Both the position numbers and the translations under genes were made by a program. The notes beneath the pieces were generated by a model that worked only from the letters and a program-made list of their open reading frames with translations, had not been told where the DNA came from and did not search any database. Shown piece by piece: positions 24,184 to 36,539 of a DNA stretch of 64,000 nt (position 1 is its first letter; each line of letters opens with the position of its first letter). Source of the DNA: Iphione sp. A-MEVVRFRX5 (Eukaryota). The DNA is taken from contig OZ320318.1 in assembly GCA_976226885.1 (NCBI GenBank), positions 69,626,001 through 69,690,000 of the forward strand, written 5' to 3'.

Positions 24184-25995
24184 AGCAGTGTGTTGTGTTG
24201 CCACCTTCACACTCCTTGACATACCCTCTAATATAGGCCTACTCATAATTATGTCTCGAGATATATTATGTACTGTTATGCGCGCGTTCGCTACAAAGAC
24301 TCGTCACAACAGTTGCAATTCAGAGATGTTTATTCCATGAACGAACCCCAGCGACTGGCACCCCCCATCTCCAGCTCACTCCTTATATAATGGTTACTGT
24401 GGAGCATTCTCGCACACATTTACCCACACACCGCACCCCGCATGACTCATTTTCCCACACATCTATCTGCGCACGTATCACTACATCTCCTACACACCGC
24501 ACACTAATATCTGTACCTACACATACTACCCTGTGTCTCTACCAATATACAGCCTTACATACTCATCACTCACTACACCTGGCCCCTCCTATGCATACTC
24601 ACTGCTCATCTTCCACTACCCTGTATTACACATATATATGCACACATACACTACCCACTACCTTTCTCCTGTGACACACCAAGCACTGTATTGTGTTCCT
24701 GACTACACACTCTGAGCCACACACCCCACCCAATACCCTATCTCTACCTAGACCTTTCTGCGCTACCCAATCATCACTATAGTGTATACGTCATATACCA
24801 ATTGCACATCATGATATGTCCAGATATATTATGTAGTATACATGTCTTTATTGATTAGCCAGTCTCACTCTCAAGTGTAGGCTAGGGTCACATATATCTG
24901 TAGCACTACTACATATGTATTACTACCTGTAGTCGTGCCTATATCAATGTATGCAATATTAATGTGTCCTACCCAGTATAATATGGCAAGATATAGCATG
25001 TACATAGTACACATGTATTTGTCAGTCTCACACCCCAGTGAATATGTTCTCTCCCCATCTGTAGGCATAGACAGATATACATCCCTCAATACCTTGTTTC
25101 CCTACCTATATACTATTATTAAGATGTATATAGATATATTATGTACTGTCATGAGTTTAACACCAAAGTATTATCAGAAAAAAAATCTGTCCATAGGTAA
25201 ATCCCCTTTGCAGTTTTTATTCAATGAAGTCAGCAAGGTAACTGACAACAGACTTAAAAGACTTTGTTCTTTTCACTACTAGATGTGCCTATGCATTATC
25301 ATTACAATGAGGTAAGGTTTTCACAAAAGATACTGACATTTCTTTTCTACATATGGCTATATGGCATATATACATACATACATACATACATACTACTCAT
25401 TATTCACTACCTATGTATACAGTGTGTATAAAATCATGTAAACTCTACCATGAAATGCAATGTCTATGGTATCTCTTCACATTATCAGTGGAGGTCATAT
25501 CTGCTTATAGTGCTGTTATGTGAAAGTGGATGATATGACATTCATTTATTGCAAGGGGTAGTGTTTCTGACATGTTTAGATATATTGTGTAGTGTTGCAA
25601 GTCCTCCACCAAAGCATACTCAAAATAAAGAATGCTGACAAGTAAATCCAACTTGAAATGTTTATTCAGTGAAGTTGCAAAAGTTAAATGACCACAGGCA
25701 ACAAAAACAGCAGGTGTATATATACACTTTGTGCAGTGTCAGGTGATTACCACAGCACCTGAAGGATTATAGACCTTTGACATGGCCTTGAAAAAGGCTC
25801 TGCCCTTCCCTCTATACATAGCAATCACATCCCTTGCAATAGTAATATACATGTCTCAGTCCATCCTAATTCAGTGTAGTACAGGGTTAGTTAAAAGTAG
25901 TACTGCAAAATACATGTATGCATTACTGCTTGTAGCCCTACCCATTATTAGGATCATGTCTCAATGTAATATGTTTCCATCAGTCTCACTTCAGG

Positions 25996-26175
25996 TGACT
26001 AGCTCAGTACAACTGTGTCTCCACTGGCACGAACTGGGAGATTCATTCAGCCATCAGGATCCTGCTGCCCAGCGAACTTGTCAAGCATGTTGTCAGTGAG
26101 GGATGCAAGCTGTCACAAAGTATACCAGCTTCAAGTGGGCACACAGCTCACAATAAAATGGCCCTTTTCAGGGCC
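25996..26175 (+). pseudogene. Histone H2B C-terminal fragment with 3' UTR and histone stem-loop
   Basis: [35 protein letters not shown], frameshift, then AVTKYTSFK, aligns to H2B [47 protein letters not shown]. Perfect GGCCCT-TTTC-AGGGCC stem-loop at 26160-26175. Confidence 0.9.
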
Positions 26176-28922
26176 CCATTCTCGCTCGAGAGTTTGAGAT
26201 CAGAAAATGATGCTGATTTGCTGGTTTCTTTTATTTGCTTCTGATGGGCATTCTGGCAAAGGAAAGGGACACATACTTGCATGCATACAGTACATACACC
26301 CCTCCACTACTATCTGTGAACAACTATATACATACATGCTATCCACTACCACGCAATAACCACTACCCTCTGCCTCAACCTTACTACTCCCTATCCACTA
26401 CCTATGTATTCAATGTATAAAGTACTAACATGAAATGAATTGTTCCACACCAACTGCTATGTTGTATTGCTTCCTACTCACTCCAGAGATACACTTACGT
26501 ATAGGCCTACCCATAAAAATGTCTCCAGATATATTATATACTACAAGCGCCTTTTGCGAGAGTGAGAGAGAGACAGACAGAGAGAGACAGAGAGAGAGAG
26601 GGGGGAGAGAGGGTTGTAAAATAGTACATTGTACTTTGACCCCTCTTGCAAGTTAACAACCCTCGGTTCTGCTTGATTGAACAGAGGGGTAGGAATACAC
26701 CACTCTGTGTAGAAAGTAGGGCCACATATGTCATATGTTTTTTTTTGTAATTTAAGCATTTTACATACACAATAGATGAATAATCATCGTTCTTTTGTCC
26801 TACAATATCATAATGCATGAAGTACTAACAAAAATAATGTATTTTGGTATAATCACATCAGAATGACATGGCAGCCCCCATGGCCGAGACTACTTTTGGG
26901 CAACATTTCATATAGGTAGTGTAATTATGTATCAGTCATTCTCACTCCTTGATGTAGGATAGGGCCGGATATATTTGTTGTACTCACACATACATGCTGT
27001 TCCCTATCCACTAGCCCATGTCCCTACCTATACACATACACCTATACACCACTCAATAACCTTTGTCTGTATCATCCCTGACCCTACTACCCTCTCTTCC
27101 TATACACATCATCAGCTTTACATACCTGTGCATACATGGATAGAATGAATATTGCTGAGTAACTCTTTGCTATGATATGCATAGTTAAGGTGATAGCCAA
27201 TCAGATGTGCACAGCTCAATATCTATATATTATCCATATATAGTACATATACACATATATCTGTCTCTACCCACACATGTATAAAACAGTACTTAGTATG
27301 TTAAAAATGATACCGAGTGTTAAATAATTGCTCACTATGTACAGTAGTATAATTATAATTGCTCACTATGTACAGTAGTATAATTACAGGAACATATCAA
27401 AGAACACAAACAAATTGAGTTAATAGCAAAGAACTATTACTTTATTGACAACAAGTAGCACTATAATCATACAGTATTATAACTATTATATACAATTACT
27501 GGCCACTTATGCACAGGCCTAAGATAGTATTGCCAATGTGAGTCATCATTATACTAATACTCATAATTATATTTTTCATTAGTGGTAATATGAGGTGGTA
27601 TTGTAGCTGCCTGATGAGTACTGCTGATGCCAATGATGGATTTACTGTGCCGGAGGGGATCAATGTAGTTTGCAAGATGCTGGAGTGTCTATAAAACAGC
27701 AAAACACAATTCAAATAATCAGTGGTAACAAAAGCATGAGTACAATTACTGAAGCACTAACAGGCCGTATTCTTTTAGATCTATAAAACTATTGATCAAT
27801 TCATTAATATTCTCCTCCATGAGAATTAAAGTTTTTCAAAATTAAACAATCAGTGAAGCAAAAAATATATACAGTGCATTACAGATTAGGTAGAAAATGA
27901 GTACTTTGTGTATACATCACTGTAATTACAGTTATCACATTGATAAAATGATATTACATAAATATGAGAAACAGTCAAAATAGGACAGGAGAAACACATT
28001 TTATTATGGTGGGAACATCCATCCACCTGTATGATATACAGGTCATGCATAGTTAAGACAGGACACCATGTCACCATATACATATTTTATTATGGTGGGG
28101 AAAAACCATCCACCTGTTCAGTTTATACAAGTGTGGGTTAAAAACCAATGTAACAAGTGGTAACAAAAGCAATTACTGACTAGCACAACTAACTGACAGC
28201 CCCTCCTTCAAACCTCCCAAACTGTTCCAAGCTACTTCCCTTTCCTCTGGTGTGGCTGGAGGTACTGTCTGTTGTATACACTATATAATATTTGTTAAGG
28301 CCTGTAAACAGAGAGCCTGTTAGTGTCCACTGTAGATGAATGTCCGTAATATTTCCTGTCCATAGTAAGGGTTGTCCACTGTAGCTAGTTTTCTGTAGAG
28401 TGAGATTCCAGTGTATATGATACATAGAACAGGTAAGACAGGATACCATGGGAGAGGAAAAATATATTTTATTGTAGTGGGCAATTCCATCCATCCATAT
28501 GATACACAGGCAGAATAGGTACAACAGGACTCCATGGGACAAGACAAACATATTTTATTCTGGTGGGAAAAATTCATCCACCAGTTTATCATACACATGC
28601 AGTTACATAAATAGTCACAATCATGCTGCACTAAAGAAAATAGATCAATAAGCAAATAAATTTGTAAAAGATTTAAAGGAATTACCTGAAACCTGAAATA
28701 AGTGAAACATATATATTACCCATCACAGACACACCAGTTATAGAATATCACAATCATACTGTGGTAAATGAATTTGATAATTAAAATAAGTAAATGTAAG
28801 ATATAAGTAATTACCTGAAAGCTGAAATAAGATAATAAGTGAGACATTGCATAACAAAATACTTATCGTAGTCTGAAATCAGAAAAAATCCCTGAACAGT
28901 GATCTCAGTCTTGTCCGCTTGT

Positions 28923-31553
28923 TTAATTCACTGGTCCGTGGAGGATGCCAACTTCCTTTAAGAGTTCAAATGTTGTCATCTGGTTTTCTTTGTACTTGGC
29001 CCAGATGCTCTGGATTTTCCCTTCAAGTTTTTTGGTCTTTGAATTCTGGTGGCGCTTTAACTTCTTCTCAGATACCAAGGTCGTCTGTAAGCTCACGAGT
29101 TTAGCTTCTCCATGCAGCAATGGCACTAGCCAGTAGAGAGTCAAGTTGTTTCTTGGTGCCTTTCCATTGATGCGCCTATGCCATCCCTCCACATCGTTGT
29201 TGGTCCTGATGGAGTGCCCAAAGACACTCCATCCAGATGGTGGCCATACAGAGCTGTTGATCCAGGTGTTCTCCATGTAGTCCAAGAGCTGGTCAACTGC
29301 TTCAATTGTTGGGGCAAGTAGCCTCAACTCCCGAAAGGCCTCCTCAATATGGGTATCTGGCAGGAACGGCAGGGCCATTACTTGCCGGAGGTAGCGGTGT
29401 GTTGCCTTACGCGTCAGGTAGAGTTCTTGTAGACCCAAGGCTTGGATCTTCCTCCAAACTGCTTGTGTCCAATGGAACACACAGCCCTTGACTTCAGCGG
29501 TGGGCAGCACTTCACGGACAGCTCCCCAACAACTGGCTTCAAAGTCCATGACTACCCGCCTCACTGCTATGTGCTCTGTCGGCAGTTTCTTGATGATCTT
29601 CTTGAGGACCCGCTTGTAATCTTTTTTCTCCCGGCGCGACATAAGCACGAACGTCAACGGCACCTGTTTCAGATTGTCCCCTTCACGAAGAAATCCATGG
29701 ATGGACCACAGCTGGACAAATGGACGTTTGACGATCTTAAAGGTACCATCCACGTACCATGTCTTGCACTTGCTCAGCAGCTCCAGCTGCTGGCTCGTAG
29801 CAAATATCAGGTGCCTCTGCCCATCTTTCTTCAAGTCCTTCTGCAAAAATTCCTTGGGCAGGGCGTCCTTGGCCAGCTCAAAGTTGACGTCTTCCGGTTC
29901 GTCGGGCACCAGACCAGCACGTGCTCGGGTGCCTGCCCGTGCTAAGTTGGCTGGGTCAGGCCGGCTGCCAGGGGGGAGCTCGTTTACCCAAGTGGGATCC
30001 ATCACCTCATCGATTATGGCTGGGACAGGCTTTAGGACATCTGTCTTGCATCTCTCTTTCACCTCTTTGGTGATCTTGATCTTTTTTTCCACTCCAGCTG
30101 TGCCTTCATGCACATGGCCTTGGCTTCCTCGGACAAAGACTGCTCCTCTCTGTGTGACGGCTGCTGGGCATCTCATAAGCCTGCTCCTTATGCTGCAGGT
30201 CCAGTGTGTCCGGATGGCTGTCTTGGTTTTCTTGGTATACTTGTAGCCGAGTGAATCTACAAGTACATCACCTCCTCTCTTAGTTCCTCCTTTGATGACC
30301 TCGTATGTGATCTCGGTTGGTTCTGCTGGGGCCTCTAGATGATCATCGGCAGAAAATCTAACTCTGACATTTGACTCCTGCAGTTTTGATGGTTCCTGAA
30401 AAGAACGAGCAGAATGAAAATTTCTGGCAGCAACTTGTTCTGGAGCACTCTCTCCTGATGTGTGGTGTTCAACATCCACATCATCATCTCCTTCAACGTC
30501 CACATCTTCATCCATTGGCTCAACAGGATGACCAGCTTGGCTGTTTACTGGATGTAGAGGTGATTCGATCCCCACAACGACCTGAAGTAAGCCAAAAAAA
30601 ATCATTTCAATCATCATGCAGTGTGTTCAGTAATGCTATGAAAAGGGTTCTGAGTACATGATAGTTTATACTTTATACAAAGCATTAAAGTCTATACATA
30701 CAATGTAGAACTTTATACACACTATGTAAAACATTTTACATGAAGTTATGGTCTAGAACACACATCCTGCTCCTCTATGTCTAAAAGGTGTATGGGTTAA
30801 TACACTCCTCCATTTAATTATATACATACATTTGACAACAGATCACATCGTTTCAATATAGATAGTGTTCCACTATGTCATATATCAGATCACATTTATA
30901 TAAGGAATTTGTCTGACAAATTACCTCCATTACTGCCTCTGGTACACTTGGTGCTTGGCTGGCGTCATCACAGGGCACTATGTTGCTCACAAGGGCCTAC
31001 ATGAAATAGAAGCACATGATATGTCAACATATGATCCCACTTTTAGACAGCAAACTACAGTAGCCTCCACCTAAAGTGACCATCTAGGGGACCCAAAAGT
31101 GGGCACACTGGGTGACTGGTCACTGTGTGAGAGGCAATTGTATATTGGGGGATCTTATATTTGATATTGACTAGTACTGATACAACATTAGCGAGGCATG
31201 CTTTTAAATAAATGCATACAGTGTTCATGATTATTTACAAACTATACTTTATGTAAAAAAGGTGTATGCATTGTATGCAAATACATTACCTCTACCAATG
31301 TTCCTCGATCTTCCAGTGCTGTACTCTCAGCAACTGGGATGAAACTGTGGGCCCGTGTGAGACTGTAGTTGCCTTTACAGAAGTCACATTCCCAGTGGAA
31401 TGATTCTTCTGTAAGGAGTTCCTGGTAGCGTTCCTGGGACACTCCTGTCCCACACTCGCGATGTTGCCAGCGGTCACATCGGTCGCAGAGGAGAGCTTCG
31501 TGGTTAGACTCCACCACTTGGTCGCAGGTCGAACAGAGATCTGTGGAAGCCAT
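28923..31553 (-). CDS. PHD-FLYWCH-MULE DDE transposase, three exons, 664 aa
   Basis: Exons 31553-31290, 30996-30925 and 30581-28923, all phase 0 GT-AG. PHD C4HC3 (CSTC...CDRCDRWQHREC...WECDFC). FLYWCH (GYKY...WTCS...C...HVH). DDE motifs YVDGTF, VMDFE, CVFH, TNNDVEGWH. No stop codons. Confidence 0.92.
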
Positions 31554-31649
31554 GCTGAAAGCTAAACAAAAAAAAAAATTTATATGGTGGTGTGCATTAA
31601 GGTAGGCATAGTAATGAGAGTAATGACTAACACAAGTATACTACATAAT

Positions 31650-32603
31650 ACACCACATCATATATATGCCAGAAAATATATGTACACATTGAGGTAGTAA
31701 TGAATATGTAGTGGCACTGACTTTACCTACCCCTACCCTGACTCATACATGTACACCACATCATATATGTGCCAGAAAATATATGTACACATTGAGGTAG
31801 TAATGAATATGTAGTGGCACTGACTTTACCTACCCCTTCCCTGACTCATACATGTACACTACATCATATATGTGCCAGAAAATATATGTACACATTGAGG
31901 TAGTAATGAATATGTAGTGGCACTGACTTTACCTACCCCTACCCTGACTCATACATGTACACCACATCATATATATGCCAGAAAATATATGTACACATTG
32001 AGGTAGTAATGAATATGTAGTGGCACTGACTTTACCTACCCCTACCCTGACTCATACATGTACACCACATCATATATGTGCCAGAAAATATATGTACACA
32101 TTGAGGTAGTAATGAATATGTAGTGGCACTGACTTTACCTACCCCTACCCTGACTCATACATGTACACCACATCATATATGTGCCAGAAAATATATGTAC
32201 ACATTGAGGTAGTAATGAATATGTAGTGGCACTGACTTTACCTACCCCTACCCTGACTCATACATGTACACCACATCATATATATGCCAGAAAATATATG
32301 TACACATTGAGGTAGTAATGAATATGTAGTGGCACTGACTTTACCTACCCCTACCCTGACTCATACATGTACACCACATCATATATGTGCCAGAAAATAT
32401 ATGTACACATTGAGGTAGTAATGAATATGTAGTGGCACTGACTTTACCTACCCCTTCCCTGACTCATACATGTACACCACATCATATATATGCCAGAAAA
32501 TATATGTACACATTGAGGTAGTAATGAATATGTAGTGGCACTGACTTTACCTACCCCTACCCTGACTCATACATGTACACCACATCATATATATGCCAGA
32601 AAA
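31650..32603. repeat. Homogeneous 103-bp tandem satellite, about 9.3 copies
   Basis: tgtacacatt recurs at 31681, 31784 and 31990 (period 103). Copies differ at only about 2 positions. Confidence 0.95.
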
Positions 32604-33607
32604 TCATACAAGGACACCATGTAATATATATGGAGAAAAATACACACAAGACATTGAAGAAATATAAGTATAAATAATCTGACAAAAATGTTATATTTAA
32701 TCAAAGACTGGTGTAGAAAATACTTACATTATGTACTTTCGGAGAGACTGGCAGTTGTAGACACTTGAATAAGCCTTGGGAACTTGGAAAACCTGGAGAG
32801 GCTGTAGAGGTTAACTTCAGATGGACTGCGCTTGACAGAATACCTTAAGTGAACTGGCTGGACGTCAGGAGTGGACCTGTTTTTATCCCCTCCTGGGGCA
32901 GAATGCTCAACGTAAAAGCAACTCACTTCTACTCAAGAGATACTCATTATGTGCCCCACTGGTACACATGAACAACTCACCACATTCACACCACATTCTC
33001 TTTCATGTACCATGTTAGTTGCTAACACCCCTCTGAAGTTCCCCGGCCTCCCTGCCCGGCGACTGCACAGCCCGTGACCATTCGCGCTAACACCCCTCTG
33101 TAGTTCCCCGGCCACCCTGCCCGGCAGCGGCGTCACCCGGGCGAGTTATCCCGGCTACCGCCGCATGTATAGCGGCGTTGTGCGTAAATTACGCGATTTC
33201 CGTCGGCGGACTTTTCGCGATAAAGTAATATGCGTATGTACTATTTTCCAAGTTAATTGTATTCCTTGCATCATGAGCTTCAAAATGATAGCTGACACTT
33301 GTAAATCGGCCAGTTATTAGTGAAATTATGGTGGGACTACTTGCTAGTGTAGGCAGACAGCCATTGTGCGAAGGGGGCAAGGCAGGAGTCAGTAAACTTT
33401 GTCAACATGCTTCCAACCCTTTGGTTAGTCACAATTCGAGGATATATGACATGAATACTATGGATGCTTCACAGTAGGTAGGTTTTAACATCATTTGGCA
33501 TTACTTTTATTGGATGAGGGCGAAATGTCTTGAGGGCGAACTGGTTTGAGGACGAAACGGCGAGGGCGAAACGGTTTGAGGACGAAACATCGCTATTCGG
33601 CCTGTAT

Positions 33608-34540
33608 CACCACCCCAGCTGACTCGCGATGTACGTCGGGACCGTTTTTGGACATAAATGATGTAGATAGAGTAGAATGATGTAAACCATGTTATTCCTT
33701 GCATCCTTAGCTTTCATTTGGTGGTTGAATCGTAAAAATCGGACCAATATTAAGAAAGTTGGGTTACTTACAGTTCTGTCAGCCATTTCAAATCGAAGCG
33801 GGAAGAAACAGGAACAGGAATTAGTGGGTGAACTGGTACCCTTACCTCGATTTCGTCCGCCGATGTGAACTAGTGTCTACCGTGTCGCCGATTTTGGCGC
33901 TAATAACAGAGCTGGGCACCCTAGAAAAAGTTGTCGCATTTATTAAAGTCTCTGTCACAAATTAAAACAGTATCTCAGTACTAAATCAGGAGAAAAAGAA
34001 AGATGTCGCATTGTTTAATCCCTGTGTCGCACGTTTTTTGCGAAATGGGACAGGTTTCCCAGCCCTTTAATTGTGGCCGAGTCAGTTGTAAACAACCAGC
34101 GCGATACGAAAATACTGGTCAGCTACTAAACTATGTGTGTAAACATGCTAACTCTACTTCAGCCATATTGAATAAGTTATCTCCTCATACTCCCGGACAG
34201 CTGAGCATTCAGTTAAGTTTCTTGTACAATTTACATCGTGTCCAGACATGAACAAATGTCTGTATTGATCTTTCGATCAGAGTATGTCGCTATAGGTGTG
34301 GCACATTCCCTGTTCATTGTAATTCAAATATAGACGAAAGGACAAAGAGCTTGCCGTTGGCCGTAGTTAGCTGCCGATCGGCAGTAAGTTCGTGCCTGAT
34401 CATCACTCGTTTCACTGGAACGGCGGGCGTTTGTAACCTGCGCATGTGTTTACTTTCTGTCTTTACTTTTGGCCTAGGTCGTCAGCTTGTTTCTAGTAAT
34501 ATTTAGGTTGTAGTTCAGCTCGCTCTTTTGTTGAGAGTCG
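33608..34540. promoter_or_regulatory. CpG-rich, probably bidirectional promoter with a putative non-coding first exon on the minus strand (donor after 33846)
   Basis: CpG density is visibly above the flanks. The minus strand reads ...cggcggacgaaatcgag|gtaagg at 33846/33845. The zinc-finger ORF starts about 700 bp away on the + strand. Confidence 0.5.
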
Positions 34541-34542
34541 AC

Positions 34543-36354
34543 ATGACACCGCCAATTTTCAGCAGCGTCAAGGCGTGTTTATCAAAAGATTTCATGATTT
34601 ACATGCGCAGTACCAAAGGTGTTGGTTTTGAGTCGGACCTTCTCGTTGATATCAGAAAATTGGTGAAAGTAGTTAACATGGTGGATGGTGGTACTCTTGA
34701 AGTACAGGGCGAGTGGGATGCAGTCAGTAGTGTACATAGTTTTCTCGTAAAAACGTGTCATGGCAGATCGGAAAATAGAGGACGAACGAGCTTGAATCCT
34801 TCCAGACTTGGCGCCACTGACCGGGAACCCGACAGTATTTCAGATGTCTCCGTGTTCTCTGCATCTTCATCACCTAATAAATATAATGCTAGACGCTTGT
34901 CTGTAGATCCATCGATGGCATCGGTAAATCTAGCACATGGGTTTGCTGATAGTCCTGTAGTCTCTGATAATTCAGCTGTATCGAAAGAGTTTCAAAGTAG
35001 CAGTTTATTCACCGATATTTATCCTGGCCCTCTTCTGCCCCTGCAAGATGGCCAAGAAAGTCAAAAGTTGGCGGAGAAATCCGATCTCTTTGAAGAGTTG
35101 GAGTCAGTCTCTCAAACTGATAAATTATTTCGATGTGATCATTGCAGGTATGTTGCCGCTGGAAAGACTTCTCTTGGTGTTCATGTACGAAGGAAGCATG
35201 GCAGTGCGAAATTAATGTGTTCGGAATGCAACTCGTTATTTTCACTTCAGAAGGATTTGAATAAACATAATAAAACTGTTCATTCGACCAGTCTCTGCTT
35301 TGAATGTAACTTATGCACGTATAAAAGTAGAACAAAACAAGGATTGGAGGAACATGCTCTACGAAATCACAAAGATAGGAGACACCATTGTAAAATTTGT
35401 CAGAAATCTTTTGGTTTAAAACGAGACTTGAAGAAACACATGACTGTCCATGATAGTTTAGGATTTGAGTGCAGTGAATGTCATAAATCGTACTCAACGA
35501 AGTGGTTTTTAAAGGAACACCAGAAGTGCCATACAGAGGAGCATTCTAAGTTTGGTCACATCTGTGAGAAATGTGGTCGGGGGTTTTCGAGCAAGCAGTT
35601 GGTGTTGAGTCATGTAGCTTCAGTTCACGAAGATCGGCCTACAAAGTATAGTTGTAAAATTTGTGGGGCTAAGTTCAAACAAAAGAGAAACCTAAATGAC
35701 CATGAATTAGGCCATTCCAATATTAAACCTCATAAATGTGGTATATGCAGTAAAGAATTTCAACATAGTAGCAGCTTGGCCAAACATAAAGTAATACATA
35801 AGACCCCTGAAAAACCTAAGGTATGTTTGACCACTGGAAAAAATATGCCGTCACCATCTGAAGTTAAGAAATATTCATGTAGTGTATGTAGCAAAATATT
35901 TTCACAAAAGCAAGCGCTAGTACGTCATGAAAGAATACACACAGGTGCTAAGCCATTTACATGTACTACTTGTGGTAAAAACTTCGCTGACAGCTCAGTA
36001 TTAAGGCGCCATAATATTGCCAAGCATAAGGATATATATGTAGTTGATAAGCCTGGAAAAGCAAGCAGCCTAACCAATAAAAAAAATGCTTTGAAAGGAG
36101 AAGATGCCGTCATAACAGCTACTGTTGAAAGACACAATAAAAAGGTGAACAGTACAACATTGCAAAATATTGAAATAATCCGTAATGAAACATTCCTTCA
36201 TGGTCAATATCCCAGTAAGGAGAGGGAGATGGTTACAACCATTCATGACGTCAGTGTACAGTATTCTCCAACAAATCCCTCATTATCTGACTTGGGCTTA
36301 CGTCTGTCACATGTACCTCACATATGGACAGGGAATGCTCAACAAGCAGAATAA
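34543..36354 (+). CDS. C2H2 zinc-finger protein with 10 fingers and an N-terminal globular region
   Basis: Intact intronless ORF; first ATG at 34543 (the track starts at TTG 34528). Ten C-x2-C-x12-H-x3/4-H fingers, including an HTGAKPF linker. CpG-rich upstream region. Confidence 0.9.
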   Translation: MTPPIFSSVKACLSKDFMIYMRSTKGVGFESDLLVDIRKLVKVVNMVDGGTLEVQGEWDAVSSVHSFLVKTCHGRSENRGRTSLNPSRLGATDREPDSISDVSVFSASSSPNKYNARRLSVDPSMASVNLAHGFADSPVVSDNSAVSKEFQSSSLFTDIYPGPLLPLQDGQESQKLAEKSDLFEELESVSQTDKLFRCDHCRYVAAGKTSLGVHVRRKHGSAKLMCSECNSLFSLQKDLNKHNKTVHSTSLCFECNLCTYKSRTKQGLEEHALRNHKDRRHHCKICQKSFGLKRDLKKHMTVHDSLGFECSECHKSYSTKWFLKEHQKCHTEEHSKFGHICEKCGRGFSSKQLVLSHVASVHEDRPTKYSCKICGAKFKQKRNLNDHELGHSNIKPHKCGICSKEFQHSSSLAKHKVIHKTPEKPKVCLTTGKNMPSPSEVKKYSCSVCSKIFSQKQALVRHERIHTGAKPFTCTTCGKNFADSSVLRRHNIAKHKDIYVVDKPGKASSLTNKKNALKGEDAVITATVERHNKKVNSTTLQNIEIIRNETFLHGQYPSKEREMVTTIHDVSVQYSPTNPSLSDLGLRLSHVPHIWTGNAQQAE

Positions 36355-36539
36355 CTGTATTTCAGAGAAAAGACACTAGATGTGATGATGTCTATAGTTC
36401 CATTGCATCATAGCATGGCACCAGTTGACCTATTGCTGAAGTGCTGCTGGAAGTAGTAGTGTGGTCTGATTTTTTAACTTATTGTGACGTCATAATAGAG
36501 CATCCCAAGACAAGGCTGACAACTCCCGGTATTTAAAAC

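Larger units (their letters stand above)
22626..33598 (-). mobile_element. Mutator-like (MULE) DNA transposon, about 10.97 kb, structurally complete
   Basis: About 85-bp inverted termini built from tttcgccctc repeats (22626-22710 vs about 33515-33598). 9-bp flanks AGCCTGTAT (22617-22625) and GGCCTGTAT (33599-33607) match 8/9. A MULE transposase lies inside. Confidence 0.85.

Noticed and set aside
25782-26197. Functional histone H2B gene
   Set aside because: The N-terminal half is missing, and there is an internal stop and a frameshift.
27500-28660. Possible second gene inside the MULE
   Set aside because: Only isolated acceptor-like sites and short non-homologous peptides were found.
31650-32603. 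CRISPR-like array
   Set aside because: The units are contiguous near-identical 103-mers with no unique spacers, the context is eukaryotic, and there are no cas genes.
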